Assembly (NCBI GenBank): GCA_963737635.1
Contig: CAVTTL010000001.1
Span: 320,001 to 384,000 of the forward strand
From: an uncultured Methanoregulaceae archaeon
Lineage (GTDB): Archaea; Halobacteriota; Methanomicrobia; Methanomicrobiales; Methanospirillaceae
Length of the DNA: 64,000 nt
Reading direction: 5' to 3'
Below, piece after piece: positions 40,071-50,458 of the stretch (its first letter is position 1; every line of letters starts with the position of its first letter). Both the position numbers and the translations under genes were made by a program. The notes under the pieces were generated by a model. The model did no database searches and had not been told where the DNA came from. It saw only the letters and a program-made list of their open reading frames with translations.

Positions 40071-41180
40071 TTATTCAGATTTGTTGGTAATAGTAAAGAC
40101 GCAAAACTCATCTCCTTTCGAACGGCATTTTATTTCGCGGGCCTGGACCTTGATCCCAAAAGCCCCCTCAATGATCCCAGCGAGAAGACCGGCAGTACAG
40201 TAGCAGACGTTCTTTCCGGTAGAGCCAAAAGCTTCGGATTCAACGGTATGTTCGAGCGTAATGGTTTTCTCCTTTTTGGCTTCGTTCCATTCACTCTTCA
40301 CCGGCAGGAACCAGCCCATCTGAGAATAAAAGGTAAGCGCCATATTTGAGAGCGTATTTGGATCGGTAATGCCCATTTTCTTATAGTGTTCGACGTTTTC
40401 CTTACCCATGTCCAGGTACGCCCGGTAGTTTACCCCGCCAGCCGGTAACTCGCCCATGGTCTTTTTAAGGGAGTTCATCATTGAGGTGAAAACAAATCTT
40501 GGCATTATGACTACGGGGTCATCGATCAACTTGATCGTCCCTTCTACCGGCCTGTGGTCAATAAACTCGGTGATGGCAGAGTCTCCCTTTACCACCGCTT
40601 GTGCCTTGAACTTCCAGCTGGGTTCTACCTGATCGGCAACAAATTCACAACAATCGTCACCGTTTGCCACGCACTTGGTTTCCAGGCAGTACCAGGATTT
40701 GCCGGTAACAGCAGTCAAGACACCTTCGATCCATCCCATATGAACCCCACAAACGGGCATTTTCCAGTCTTTAAGGATCTCTGATTCGAAGGTATGTTTT
40801 GTGCGCAGGATAATCCTTTTCTCACTCTTCTCAACGAGTTCAAATGGTGCACCCCACCCCTGTTGGTGCTGGAGTTTGAAAACCAGAAGAAGGAAGTCTG
40901 CAGGTGCCAGATCCATACCAAATTTTTTTAAGAGATTGTTCAGGCCGGTGGATCCCAGACCCACGGAACGGAACAGTTTGCGCACTGCCTTCACAGCCAA
41001 TTTCTTGTTGAGGTGGGACTCATACATCTCATAGATTGCCTTGATGAGGTAATTGGGGTTGCTTGCTGTTTTCACGCCGAATACAGAATAACTGCCGGAT
41101 ACCGTATCGAGCTCGATGTAGGGGGTGATGTCTTTCTCGCCTTTGATCAGCGCCTCGAAATCTTCTCGTCCAATCTTCAT
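40071..41180 (-). CDS. Tandem V4R-domain protein
   Basis: Two repeats with GW, C....G...G, E.KC...GD..C.F motifs. Confidence 0.85.
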   Translation of the reverse strand: MKIGREDFEALIKGEKDITPYIELDTVSGSYSVFGVKTASNPNYLIKAIYEMYESHLNKKLAVKAVRKLFRSVGLGSTGLNNLLKKFGMDLAPADFLLLVFKLQHQQGWGAPFELVEKSEKRIILRTKHTFESEILKDWKMPVCGVHMGWIEGVLTAVTGKSWYCLETKCVANGDDCCEFVADQVEPSWKFKAQAVVKGDSAITEFIDHRPVEGTIKLIDDPVVIMPRFVFTSMMNSLKKTMGELPAGGVNYRAYLDMGKENVEHYKKMGITDPNTLSNMALTFYSQMGWFLPVKSEWNEAKKEKTITLEHTVESEAFGSTGKNVCYCTAGLLAGIIEGAFGIKVQAREIKCRSKGDEFCVFTITNKSE

Positions 41181-41288
41181 AAGCGATAACTTCTGTTATT
41201 ATATAATTAAAGGATTTCGTATTGGTTTTTGAAGCAAATAACGTCGATAAGAGGTACCTACAAAAGCCAGAACTTTTTTGGCGAAATA

Positions 41289-41900
41289 TTAAAGATCCAG
41301 CATATGGGTCGGGTGAGATTCGTCGAATGTAATGGTAAAGTGCATCACGACCTGTGATCGATCCTGGAGAAGACAGGTATAATCTCCGTACATCACCCGG
41401 AAACTGACTTCGCCATTACCGGTCGTGATATCACTACCAACGACCTTACCGTCTTTCCTGAGTGAGACACGTATGCCGTTCTGCGGATTTTTCTCCCGGC
41501 AGACGGTCAGGCTGACTACCCCGATACCCTGGCTTTTTTTCCCGATCTCCGGTACTGAATGAGTGATATTTTTCCTGAGGTGCGATTTTTCAAAGATCCG
41601 GCATCCCATAACAAGAGCTTCAATTATCTCGGCTTTCACATCACAAAGGACATACTGCCTGCCCTCGCGGATATATGCGACCGCGTTGTCGCCAAAGAGG
41701 GGCCCTTCGGAATCTACGTAAAGCGCTCCCTCAGGTTCACCATTCAGAAATGCAAGATAATACTCACGATTCCCGTCTTTTGCCACAGCTATGGCATTTA
41801 TGCGCCGGGATGCGGCGGACATAAGTATTTCGCCGAGGGAAAACGTTCCCAAGTATTTTGATCCTTTCAGGATATTTTCGAGAATCTCCTGCAGATCCAT
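41289..41900 (-). CDS. Hypothetical protein: DUF2226/PATAN-like N-terminus plus beta-sandwich C-terminus
   Basis: YLAFLNGEPEGALY..LFGDNAV; C-terminal GIRVSL..TTGNGEVSF..GDY. Confidence 0.5.
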   Translation of the reverse strand: MDLQEILENILKGSKYLGTFSLGEILMSAASRRINAIAVAKDGNREYYLAFLNGEPEGALYVDSEGPLFGDNAVAYIREGRQYVLCDVKAEIIEALVMGCRIFEKSHLRKNITHSVPEIGKKSQGIGVVSLTVCREKNPQNGIRVSLRKDGKVVGSDITTGNGEVSFRVMYGDYTCLLQDRSQVVMHFTITFDESHPTHMLDL

Positions 41901-42160
41901 GGAATTATCCTCTTATCACATTCCAGGGGGCGGGATTAGGTGAATTCTCCCCGGAATTAGTCTCAATTACTCTCAATCATATATTCACTGCCGGCGTATT
42001 ATATATTTGCAAAGGTATTTTCGAACGCCAAAACAGAGTGTTTTAACCCCCCGGATTTTCCGGAAGCGGGCAATATCCTGTCCGGCTATACTACTGCATA
42101 ATTATTGCGATGGGGAATCGCCATGAATAAGTTGTAGAAGATATAACGGTAAAACTGCTT

Positions 42161-43343
42161 ATGATATTTTATCCGACGGTGATTTCGGCCGTTGCCGTTC
42201 TTGTTACCCTTATCTATGCATCGTATCTGGATATCAAAGACCGGCGCGTTCCATTCAGGACATGGTACCCGATGCTCATTGTCGGGATCTCCGCGACTAT
42301 CGTACTCTTCTACCAGCAGACCGGAAATATGAGTTTGATCTTCGGATACGTTGCATTGGTAGCGAGTTTTCTGTACGCAGACTATCTCGACAACCATGAA
42401 CCCGGAACCCCCTTCCGGCTTCCTTACCTGGCTATAGTCCTTGCCCTTCCCGCTATCTCCTGGTTCGTTATACCGGCTATTTCCACGGGAAAACTGCCTG
42501 AGGCCCAGATTATACCGTGGTACGTGATGTTTGCCGGGCTGCTCGGGTACATGTCCTACCGCGAATATAAAAGACCACCGGAACGCAAACTTACCACAAA
42601 GCAAGCTAAAAAAGAGGCCAGGCGAGAATCGAACGTTGAAGAGGTGCTGAGCCGCTGGTACTTCGTCCTAGTTATTGTGATCCTCGCTGTTGCATCTTTC
42701 TACATGATTGGCGGCGGGATTTGGGTAGGTCTCCGGCATCTATATTGCCCTTGCTGCAGTATTTTGCGGCGTTTTTTATATCTTCGGGCAGATGCGCCTC
42801 TTTGGTGGGGCTGACGCGTGGGCTCTCATCTTTATCGCCTTCTGTGTACCGACATTTCCCCTCACTCCGCTTCTGGACACCCCGCCGTTAGGGTTTTTTT
42901 CGTTTTCGGTATTGATCAACGCTCTTATTCTCAATCTGGCGGCACCGGTAGGCATTTTTATTATAAACGTTGTAAAAAAGAACCGTGCACCGATCCAGTA
43001 CATGTTCTTTGGCTTCCCGGTTAGTGGGGAGAAGATTCAAGATTCGTGGGGTTTTGTGATGGAAGATTTTATCGAGAGAAACGGTAAAGTCGAACGAAAA
43101 TTTATCGGGTTCTGGGATTCCCTGCACCGGATGCGATCTGATGAAGGCAGGGTTTATACAAAAGACCTCCGGGAACGCCCTGAAGAGTTTGAGAAGGAAC
43201 TGGGAGTTTACAAAAAAGCAGAAAAAGTCTGGATTTCCTATGCAGTCCCCTTCATCCTCCCGATTACGGTAGGATTTATTTCAGCAATTATTCTCGGTGA
43301 TTTCCTCTTCGCAATCATAAAAATACTCAGCGGCGGTGCCTGA
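42161..43343 (+). CDS. A24-family prepilin/prearchaellin peptidase (PibD/FlaK-like); frameshift near 42725
   Basis: [10 protein letters not shown] and FGGADAW catalytic Asp motifs; [16 protein letters not shown]-terminus. Confidence 0.88.
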
Positions 43344-43716
43344 AGTGCTCTTCCTGAAATTTCCAGATGGCGGGCTGATCCCGGTGATTGTTCAGGAAAG
43401 AAAAACCGGGGAAGTCCTTATGATGGCGTATGCAAACGATGAGGCAGTCCGCCTCACCCAGACTACCGGATTTGCTCATTACTACAGCCGGAGCCGAAAA
43501 AAACTCTGGAAAAAAGGAGAAGAGAGCGGGCATTTCCAGAAGGTTGAGAAGATCCTTGTCGATTGCGATGAGGACTGCCTTATATACGAGGTCGAACAGA
43601 CCGGCGCTGCCTGCCATACCGGCCACCGAAGCTGTTTTTTCAGGACACTGGATGGTACAATCATAAGTGAGAAGGTTTTTGATCCGGAAAAAGTCTATGG
43701 AAGAACCGGGCACTAA
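43336..43716 (+). CDS. hisI: Phosphoribosyl-AMP cyclohydrolase
   Basis: [33 protein letters not shown]. Confidence 0.96.
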   Translation: MPEVLFLKFPDGGLIPVIVQERKTGEVLMMAYANDEAVRLTQTTGFAHYYSRSRKKLWKKGEESGHFQKVEKILVDCDEDCLIYEVEQTGAACHTGHRSCFFRTLDGTIISEKVFDPEKVYGRTGH

Positions 43717-43780
43717 AAGTCAATATCAATTGTTTTCCGCACAGGTCTCCTTTTGCGGCAAATAGCTCTTGAGAGAAACT

Positions 43781-44737
43781 ATGAACAAAGATCCTGAACA
43801 GCTTGAAACCCTTGATCGGTTGAAAGTGCGGACCGCTCATCTTTCGGTCATATCCAATACCTGCCTTGTTATCTTGAAATTCAGCGTGGGTTTCACCATC
43901 GGATCGGTTAGTATCATCTCTGAGGCCATCCATTCCTCCATGGATCTGCTTGCTGCGGTCATTGCTTTCTTTTCGGTGAAAAAATCGGCAGAACCACCCG
44001 ATGCAGGTCACTCATTCGGGCATGGAAAATTCGAGGATATCTCGGGTCTAGTCGAAGCGCTGCTCATCTTTGGAGCGGCGATCATTATAATTGCTGAAGC
44101 CCTGATCAAGCTGCTGACAAGTCAGGGGCAGGAATTTTCACCCGGACAGCTCTCTTTTGGTATTGCAGTGATGGGTATTTCAGTCATCGCCAACTGGTAT
44201 GTTTCTTCACGACTTATGAACGTGGCAAAAGAAACTGAATCTATAGCTCTGGAAAGTGATGCATGGCACCTAAGGACGGACATTTACACTTCCCTTGGGG
44301 TTTTCACCGGACTGATCCTGATCCATTTTACCGGCCGTACTATCCTCGATCCACTCATTGCCATTGGTGTCGGCCTTGTTATCCTGAAAGCCGCCGGTGA
44401 TCTGCTGAAACGATCGTTTGCCGATCTCATCGACCATTCTCTTCCCCCGAAAGACGAAGAGCGAATCAAGGCAATCATCTGTGCGCATTCCAGCGCGTAC
44501 GCCGGATTTCACGGCCTTCGCACACGGCGTTCCGGCCCGGATATCTTCATCGAGTTCCACCTTGTCGTTCCTGGTGAAATCTCGGTAACCCGGTCTCATG
44601 ATCTCGCCGATCATCTCGAATCAGATCTGCTCACAGAGTATCCCAGGGCAAAAGTGACAATCCATATCGAGCCTTGCGAGAAAGGGTCTGATAAGTGTGA
44701 TCTATCCTGTTCCTGCCAAGAAAAAAAGAGAGACTAA
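43781..44737 (+). CDS. Cation diffusion facilitator (FieF-like)
   Basis: EAIHSSMD, HSFGHGKFE, DAWHLRTD, IHIEP. Confidence 0.92.
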   Translation: MNKDPEQLETLDRLKVRTAHLSVISNTCLVILKFSVGFTIGSVSIISEAIHSSMDLLAAVIAFFSVKKSAEPPDAGHSFGHGKFEDISGLVEALLIFGAAIIIIAEALIKLLTSQGQEFSPGQLSFGIAVMGISVIANWYVSSRLMNVAKETESIALESDAWHLRTDIYTSLGVFTGLILIHFTGRTILDPLIAIGVGLVILKAAGDLLKRSFADLIDHSLPPKDEERIKAIICAHSSAYAGFHGLRTRRSGPDIFIEFHLVVPGEISVTRSHDLADHLESDLLTEYPRAKVTIHIEPCEKGSDKCDLSCSCQEKKRD

Positions 44738-44792
44738 ATGAGTGGTCTCCGTAGCGTTTTGCAGGATGATTTTTATAGGACTCCCGGAGCTT

Positions 44793-45827
44793 TTATTTTC
44801 CTCCCGGCCTGCGTCGCAGTGACCGGTCTTCTTCGACGATATAATTGATCACGTTCTCGGCGATATCGGCGGCGTATTCTCCCGCCCTGCGGATACTCTC
44901 GGCAATATAGCTGACCGAGATCGCCGTGACCGTCTCCTGTTTAAAGGCCATATTACTGATATCGCCGCAGATATGTTCCAGGGCCGCGACCGACTCGATA
45001 GTCTTATGGGCCTCCCGGATATCGGCATTGAAAAACGATATGATACTCTTGTCAAAGATCTGCATGGACAGGACACTTGCTTTCTTGAGCGCGTCCACGA
45101 TCTTCGGGTCGAGATCGGCATCCAGGACCGGCCGGGCATTCTCGGCGATCCGGACGGCATGGTCGCCGATTCGTTCGATGATCCTGCTGATCAGGTGATA
45201 GTACATGGCCATGCCCACCGATACCTCCATCTTCCGGGAGAGAGACGGGTTCTGCATGATCATATTGGTCTGGCGGGCGATCAGCCAGTTGAGCCGGTCC
45301 GAGTCCATATCACGGTTGATCACGTCTGTGGCAAGGGTATGATTGTGTTTTTCGAGCGCTGCGATCGCATCTTCGTGCATGTTCCTCACGATCACAAACA
45401 TACGCTTGATGGTGTTGTCAAACGGCATCTCGGACGGGTTGAGAAGGTCTTTTATCATGATGAGCGTGTCGGTCTCTTCGACAACTTCCTGGCCGATGGT
45501 CATCTGGGTGAAATCCCGGACGACCGTTCGGACAAACGGCGGAAACCGCTGTTTCGAACTGATCCGGATCGTCGTGAAACCCGTGATGTAGGTCCCGATC
45601 AGGATCCGGAAGAGAAACGACGGATCGGTGATGTGACCGATGTCGATCTCCTTGACACGCTGGACCGGTTCCTCCGTGGTTTTCTTCGTGACCAGGAGTG
45701 TTCCGTCTGGCTGCGCGATCAGGCCCACCGGATCGTTCTTCTTGATGCGCATCTCCTGGACCCAGTTCTTGGGTAGCGTTACTACAAATGATGACCCCCC
45801 CGTCATCTGTACACGGCGTAATTCCAT
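44793..45827 (-). CDS. AbrB-PhoU phosphate uptake regulator
   Basis: RRVQMTGGSSFVVTLPKNW AbrB domain; ERIGDHA and RAGEYAADIAE PhoU repeats; divergent from pstS. Confidence 0.92.
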   Translation of the reverse strand: MELRRVQMTGGSSFVVTLPKNWVQEMRIKKNDPVGLIAQPDGTLLVTKKTTEEPVQRVKEIDIGHITDPSFLFRILIGTYITGFTTIRISSKQRFPPFVRTVVRDFTQMTIGQEVVEETDTLIMIKDLLNPSEMPFDNTIKRMFVIVRNMHEDAIAALEKHNHTLATDVINRDMDSDRLNWLIARQTNMIMQNPSLSRKMEVSVGMAMYYHLISRIIERIGDHAVRIAENARPVLDADLDPKIVDALKKASVLSMQIFDKSIISFFNADIREAHKTIESVAALEHICGDISNMAFKQETVTAISVSYIAESIRRAGEYAADIAENVINYIVEEDRSLRRRPGGK

Positions 45828-45840
45828 CTCTGTTTTCCTC

Positions 45841-45960
45841 CGATGAATAGAGCAATATGATGAATATGCTTATCTCTATTTTAGACTTTTTTGCATATAT
45901 ATCTGTATATTTTATGTCGAAAAACTGTATATGAGTACTCATTAAAGTTATGATCGAAAA
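45841..45960. promoter_or_regulatory. Divergent AT-rich promoter region between regulator and pstS, with perfect palindrome ATGAGTACTCAT (45931-45942)
   Basis: Repeated ATAT/AATATG motifs and 12-bp palindrome seen directly. Confidence 0.5.
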
Positions 45961-45962
45961 CC

Positions 45963-46898
45963 ATGAGATCCAAACGGAGTTCGTATGTATTATTGACAGT
46001 GTGCCTTGCGGCATTACTTATCGTATCGATTCTGGTAGCAGGCTGTACCAGTAACGGAAGCACAGCTTCTTCAAGCGCCAGTACCACTGCTGCGGCTGCG
46101 CAGACTAATACTGCGTCATCGGCATCCAACCAGACAGAAACACTCACCCTGACCGGTTCAACCACGGTCCTGCCTATCGCTCAAGCTGTTGCAGATGCAT
46201 ATGAGCAGGCGCACCCGGAGGCGAACATCCAAGTCTCTGGCGGAGGATCGGGAGTTGGTATCCAGACTATCATTAACCAGAAAGTGGACATCGGCATGAG
46301 CTCCAACACCATATCCGCAGCCCAGCAGGCACAGGATCCAAACATGAATATTATCACAATTGCCCACGACGGTATCGCCATCATCGTCAATCCTTCAAAC
46401 ACGATACAGTCCATCTCCCTTGCACAGGTTAAGCAGATCTACAGCGGGAATATCACATCTTGGGCATCTGTCAATGGCGCCGGGGTTCCAAACACGAACC
46501 AGATAGTCCTCGTTGGCCGTGACAGTTCATCAGGAACCCGTGCCTATTTCGATAGTTTCGTGATGAACGGTGTTAATGATTCCATGTCCATGCATGAAGA
46601 CAACTCAAACGGCGCCGTCGCTCAGGAAGTTGCCCAGACGCCCGGTGCAATCGGCTACATATCCATCGGTTACCTCACGCCCAGTGTCAAGGCAGTCCCG
46701 ATTATGCTGGCAAATGGCACCACGATTGCCCCGACCGTCGCCACAGTAACGGATAAAACCTACCCGATCCACCGTGACCTCTTTATGCTCACCAACGGCC
46801 AGCCCACCGGCCTTGCCTCGGACTACATCAATTTCCTCCTCAGCCCAGCCGGCCAGCAGATTGTCGTTGCTCAGGGGTATGTCGCCCTGAACAGCTAA
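45963..46898 (+). CDS. pstS: Phosphate ABC transporter substrate-binding lipoprotein
   Basis: Lipobox LVAGC; GSTTVLP, GGGSGVG, RDSSSGT, YPIHRDL. Confidence 0.94.
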   Translation: MRSKRSSYVLLTVCLAALLIVSILVAGCTSNGSTASSSASTTAAAAQTNTASSASNQTETLTLTGSTTVLPIAQAVADAYEQAHPEANIQVSGGGSGVGIQTIINQKVDIGMSSNTISAAQQAQDPNMNIITIAHDGIAIIVNPSNTIQSISLAQVKQIYSGNITSWASVNGAGVPNTNQIVLVGRDSSSGTRAYFDSFVMNGVNDSMSMHEDNSNGAVAQEVAQTPGAIGYISIGYLTPSVKAVPIMLANGTTIAPTVATVTDKTYPIHRDLFMLTNGQPTGLASDYINFLLSPAGQQIVVAQGYVALNS

Positions 46899-46962
46899 AA
46901 GAGGTAAAATTTTCTGTAAAACTCACTTTTTTTTACCCCTCAAGAGGCGATGCACCATTACC

Positions 46963-48918
46963 CTGTCAGAATATTCTGCCCGAGAAATCACGGGAAGTAC
47001 CGCGACGGTTTCCCGCATCAGGGAGAAATTCGTCAGATCTGTATTCTTCCTCACAGCCATCTTCGCAGTCATTGTTGTTTCATTTATCCTGCTCTTCTTG
47101 TTCCGGGATGGTTATCCCATTTTTGAGACGGTGGGTGTCACTAATTTCCTCTTTGGGACTACATGGGCTCCGGCCCAAGTAGTGCCCATCTACGGAATAT
47201 CTGCTCTCATCATAGGCACGCTCCTTGTCACCCTTGGTGCGATGATCTTTGCCGTCCCGCTTTCCATTGGCTGTGCCATCTATATTTCAGAACTCGCATC
47301 TCCCCGGATAAAAAGCGTCTTTAAGCCGGCAACCGAACTGCTCGCCGGTATACCGTCGGTAGTTTACGGTTTCTTTGGCCTGATCGTCCTGAGCACATTT
47401 ATCCGCACCACATTCAACGTCCCGAGCGGCCAGACCTGGCTTGCCGGGTCGATCATCCTTGGGGTTATGGCACTTCCCACGATCATCAGCGTTTCCGAGG
47501 ATGCTATTAGTTCGGTCCCCCCGGAATACCGGGAAGGATCCCTCGCAACAGGGGCGACTCGCTGGCAGACAATCAGCCGGGTCATTGTGCCGGCGGCTCT
47601 CTCCGGGATCGCGGCGGCGATTATCCTGGGAATCGGCCGTGCAATCGGGGAAACAATGGCAGTCCTGATGGTAACCGGGAATGCCGCGATCATACCGAAT
47701 CCTATCTGGAATGTGCTCTCTTCTGTCCGTACCCTGACGGGAACCTTGGGGATTGAAATGGGCGACGTCGAGATCGGGAGCCAACATTACCATGCACTGT
47801 TTGGTGTGGCGGTAGTACTCCTCATCATCACGCTTATTATCAACATGAGCGCAGTCGCTATTCTGTCGTATATCAGTGAGGGAAGGACCGGAGGCAAAGC
47901 GAAAGGGTCATTGCTTCATTCCCCCACCCTTGATTCGGTTATGGACAAACTTCTCCCACGGTCCCGGATCGTTCTCCTTGCCATCCTTGCGCTCCTGCTC
48001 CTCGTTGCCGGCCTCTGGGAGGTGGCGCTCATCGTCGTTCTTGCGGCAGCCGCTTGGCACTATGGCAGGGGCCGGATCTCGAGACACCATATCGAGATGG
48101 TCGCCTTTGCCTGCGTTGTTGCGGCCGCTCTGGCTGTTCTAGCCATTCTTGCGATAATTCTCGGCTATATTATAGTAAACGGATTACCAGCACTTTCGTG
48201 GGAATTCCTGACGCAACCGCCTACGGACCTTGGCAGGAGCGGCGGGATTTTCCCGGCGATTGTCGGGACTCTTTACCTGGTGGCAGGCGCGATCCTCATT
48301 GCGCTCCCCCTTGGTGTCGGGGCCGCAGTCTACCTAGTTGAATATACCCGGGAGGGGCGGATTACAAAACTGATCAGGACCGGCGTCGACCTCCTCAATG
48401 GGACGCCCTCGATCGTTTTTGGACTCTTCGGCTTTGCCTTCCTTGTGCTCTTCCTTGACATTGGCGTATGCCTCCTTGCCGGAATGATAACCCTTGCGTT
48501 GATGGTGCTGCCTACCATGATCCGTACAACAGAAGAGTCTCTCAAAAACATCCCCCAGTCCCTCCGCGAAGGGAGTCTAGCACTCGGGGCGACGCAGTGG
48601 CAGACTATCCGCAACGTGGTTATCCCTCCAGCCATCCCGGGGATCGTTACCGGTGCAATCCTCTCAATAGGCAGGGCAGCAGGAGAGACTGCGCCGATCA
48701 TGTTCGTAGCGGTCGTCTTCTCGACCCGGTTCCTGCCGACATCGCTCTTTCAGCCCGTGATGGCACTGCCGTATCACCTCTTCATCCTTTCAACTAACGT
48801 ACCGGGCTCATCGACCAACAAGTACGGAACGGCACTGGTTCTCCTGATGCTCGTCGTGGCATTTTACGCGGTCGCTATTCTGATCCGGAATTACTATGCA
48901 AAAAAGGCAAGGGGATAA
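46963..48918 (+). CDS. Fused phosphate ABC permease PstC-PstA (start uncertain, upstream of ORF-track start)
   Basis: Two permease domains in one frame: LLAGIPSVVYG..GRAIGETMA and LLNGTPSIVFG..GRAAGETAP. Confidence 0.9.
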   Translation: MSEYSAREITGSTATVSRIREKFVRSVFFLTAIFAVIVVSFILLFLFRDGYPIFETVGVTNFLFGTTWAPAQVVPIYGISALIIGTLLVTLGAMIFAVPLSIGCAIYISELASPRIKSVFKPATELLAGIPSVVYGFFGLIVLSTFIRTTFNVPSGQTWLAGSIILGVMALPTIISVSEDAISSVPPEYREGSLATGATRWQTISRVIVPAALSGIAAAIILGIGRAIGETMAVLMVTGNAAIIPNPIWNVLSSVRTLTGTLGIEMGDVEIGSQHYHALFGVAVVLLIITLIINMSAVAILSYISEGRTGGKAKGSLLHSPTLDSVMDKLLPRSRIVLLAILALLLLVAGLWEVALIVVLAAAAWHYGRGRISRHHIEMVAFACVVAAALAVLAILAIILGYIIVNGLPALSWEFLTQPPTDLGRSGGIFPAIVGTLYLVAGAILIALPLGVGAAVYLVEYTREGRITKLIRTGVDLLNGTPSIVFGLFGFAFLVLFLDIGVCLLAGMITLALMVLPTMIRTTEESLKNIPQSLREGSLALGATQWQTIRNVVIPPAIPGIVTGAILSIGRAAGETAPIMFVAVVFSTRFLPTSLFQPVMALPYHLFILSTNVPGSSTNKYGTALVLLMLVVAFYAVAILIRNYYAKKARG

Positions 48919-48921
48919 CTC

Positions 48922-49683
48922 ATGTCTGATTCAACCGTCATTTCCACAAGAAACCTAAACCTCTGGTACAACGAGAAACATGCACTCCAGGATATTACCA
49001 TGGAGATTGAAAAGAAGAAGACCACCGCACTGATCGGGCCGTCTGGGTGCGGGAAATCCACTCTCCTGCGATGCTTCAACCGGATGAACGATCTCATCAA
49101 CCATGTCAGGATGACCGGTGAAATCCTCATCGATCGCGAAAACCTGCTCAGGGATGGCATGGATGTAGTGGCGCTGAGAAAAAGAGTGGGCATGGTTTTC
49201 CAGCGGCCCAATCCTTTTCCCAAATCGATCTACGAGAACGTCGCATATGGCCCCCGGGTCCATGGGGTAAACGACCGGAAGAATCTGGACGAAATCGTCG
49301 AAAAAAGTCTGCGTCATGCGGCTCTTTGGGATGAAGTCCGGGACCGGCTCAATGATTCCGCACTCGGGCTCTCAGGTGGCCAGCAGCAGCGACTCTGTAT
49401 TGCACGTACCTTGGCAGTCGGTCCCGAAGTAATCCTCATGGACGAGCCCTGTTCGGCTCTAGATCCTATCGCGACAGCAAAGATCGAGAACCTCATCGAA
49501 ATGCTCAAAGAAGAGTATACCGTTATTATTGTCACACACAACATGCAACAGGCAGCCCGTGTCAGTGATTATACCGGATTCATGTACCTTGGTAAGCTTA
49601 TCGAATTCGACCGAACGATAAACATTTTCGAGCACCCGAAAGAAGACCTGACTGAGAACTATATTACCGGGCGATTCGGGTGA
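48922..49683 (+). CDS. pstB: Phosphate ABC transporter ATPase
   Basis: [40 protein letters not shown]. Confidence 0.97.
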   Translation: MSDSTVISTRNLNLWYNEKHALQDITMEIEKKKTTALIGPSGCGKSTLLRCFNRMNDLINHVRMTGEILIDRENLLRDGMDVVALRKRVGMVFQRPNPFPKSIYENVAYGPRVHGVNDRKNLDEIVEKSLRHAALWDEVRDRLNDSALGLSGGQQQRLCIARTLAVGPEVILMDEPCSALDPIATAKIENLIEMLKEEYTVIIVTHNMQQAARVSDYTGFMYLGKLIEFDRTINIFEHPKEDLTENYITGRFG

Positions 49684-49693
49684 GGAGGGGAAG

Positions 49694-50344
49694 ATGACTG
49701 ATAAATTCCATATGGAGCTTAAAGATCTCAAAAAAGACGTTTCGGGGATGGCCCGATTTGCATTCTCGATGTTACAGGATTCGCAGGAGGCGTTCATCAA
49801 CCAAGATGCCGCACTCGCGGCAACGGTATTAAACAGGAAAGACCAACTCAGGGAAACGACCGTCGCACTTGAGGAGAACTGTTACCAGCTGATTGCATTA
49901 AACCAGCCGGTGGCAAAAGATATGCGGATTATAGTATGTTCCCTCAAAATCGTCGCCGCATCAGAACGGATTGGGAGGTATGGCAAATCGACGGCAAAGA
50001 TTGTCAAGGAAATTTCCGGAAAACCCCATATAGCTAACATGATGAGTATTCCTCTTATGTCGGAGTACGTGCTTGCGATGGTCGATGATGCAATCACGGC
50101 CTATGAAACCGAGAACCTCAAGAAACTCGATGGTTTTTCGACACGAGACGACGCAATCGATACACTGCGCCATTCTATCTTCCGCGAAGCGATCACCTAC
50201 ATGATGGAAAACCCCAAAACCATCACGCAGGCCACATACTATATTATCATTGCGCGGTACCTGGAGCGATGCGCCGATCATGCCTGCAAGATGGCTGAGA
50301 ACGTCCACTATATGGAAACCGGTGACAGAATCGAGATCAAATAA
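49694..50344 (+). CDS. phoU: Phosphate signalling protein PhoU
   Basis: QPVAKDMR, ERIGRY, RYLERCADHA. Confidence 0.94.
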   Translation: MTDKFHMELKDLKKDVSGMARFAFSMLQDSQEAFINQDAALAATVLNRKDQLRETTVALEENCYQLIALNQPVAKDMRIIVCSLKIVAASERIGRYGKSTAKIVKEISGKPHIANMMSIPLMSEYVLAMVDDAITAYETENLKKLDGFSTRDDAIDTLRHSIFREAITYMMENPKTITQATYYIIIARYLERCADHACKMAENVHYMETGDRIEIK

Positions 50345-50458
50345 CCGTTTTCCGGTCTAAGAAACTAAAAAAGCATAAGGCGGTCACAACGGATCACATC
50401 GAAGGGTGTGGACTCCAAAGATCAAGAGTGTAAGAGAAATTTCCTTTTTGCCGTTCTT

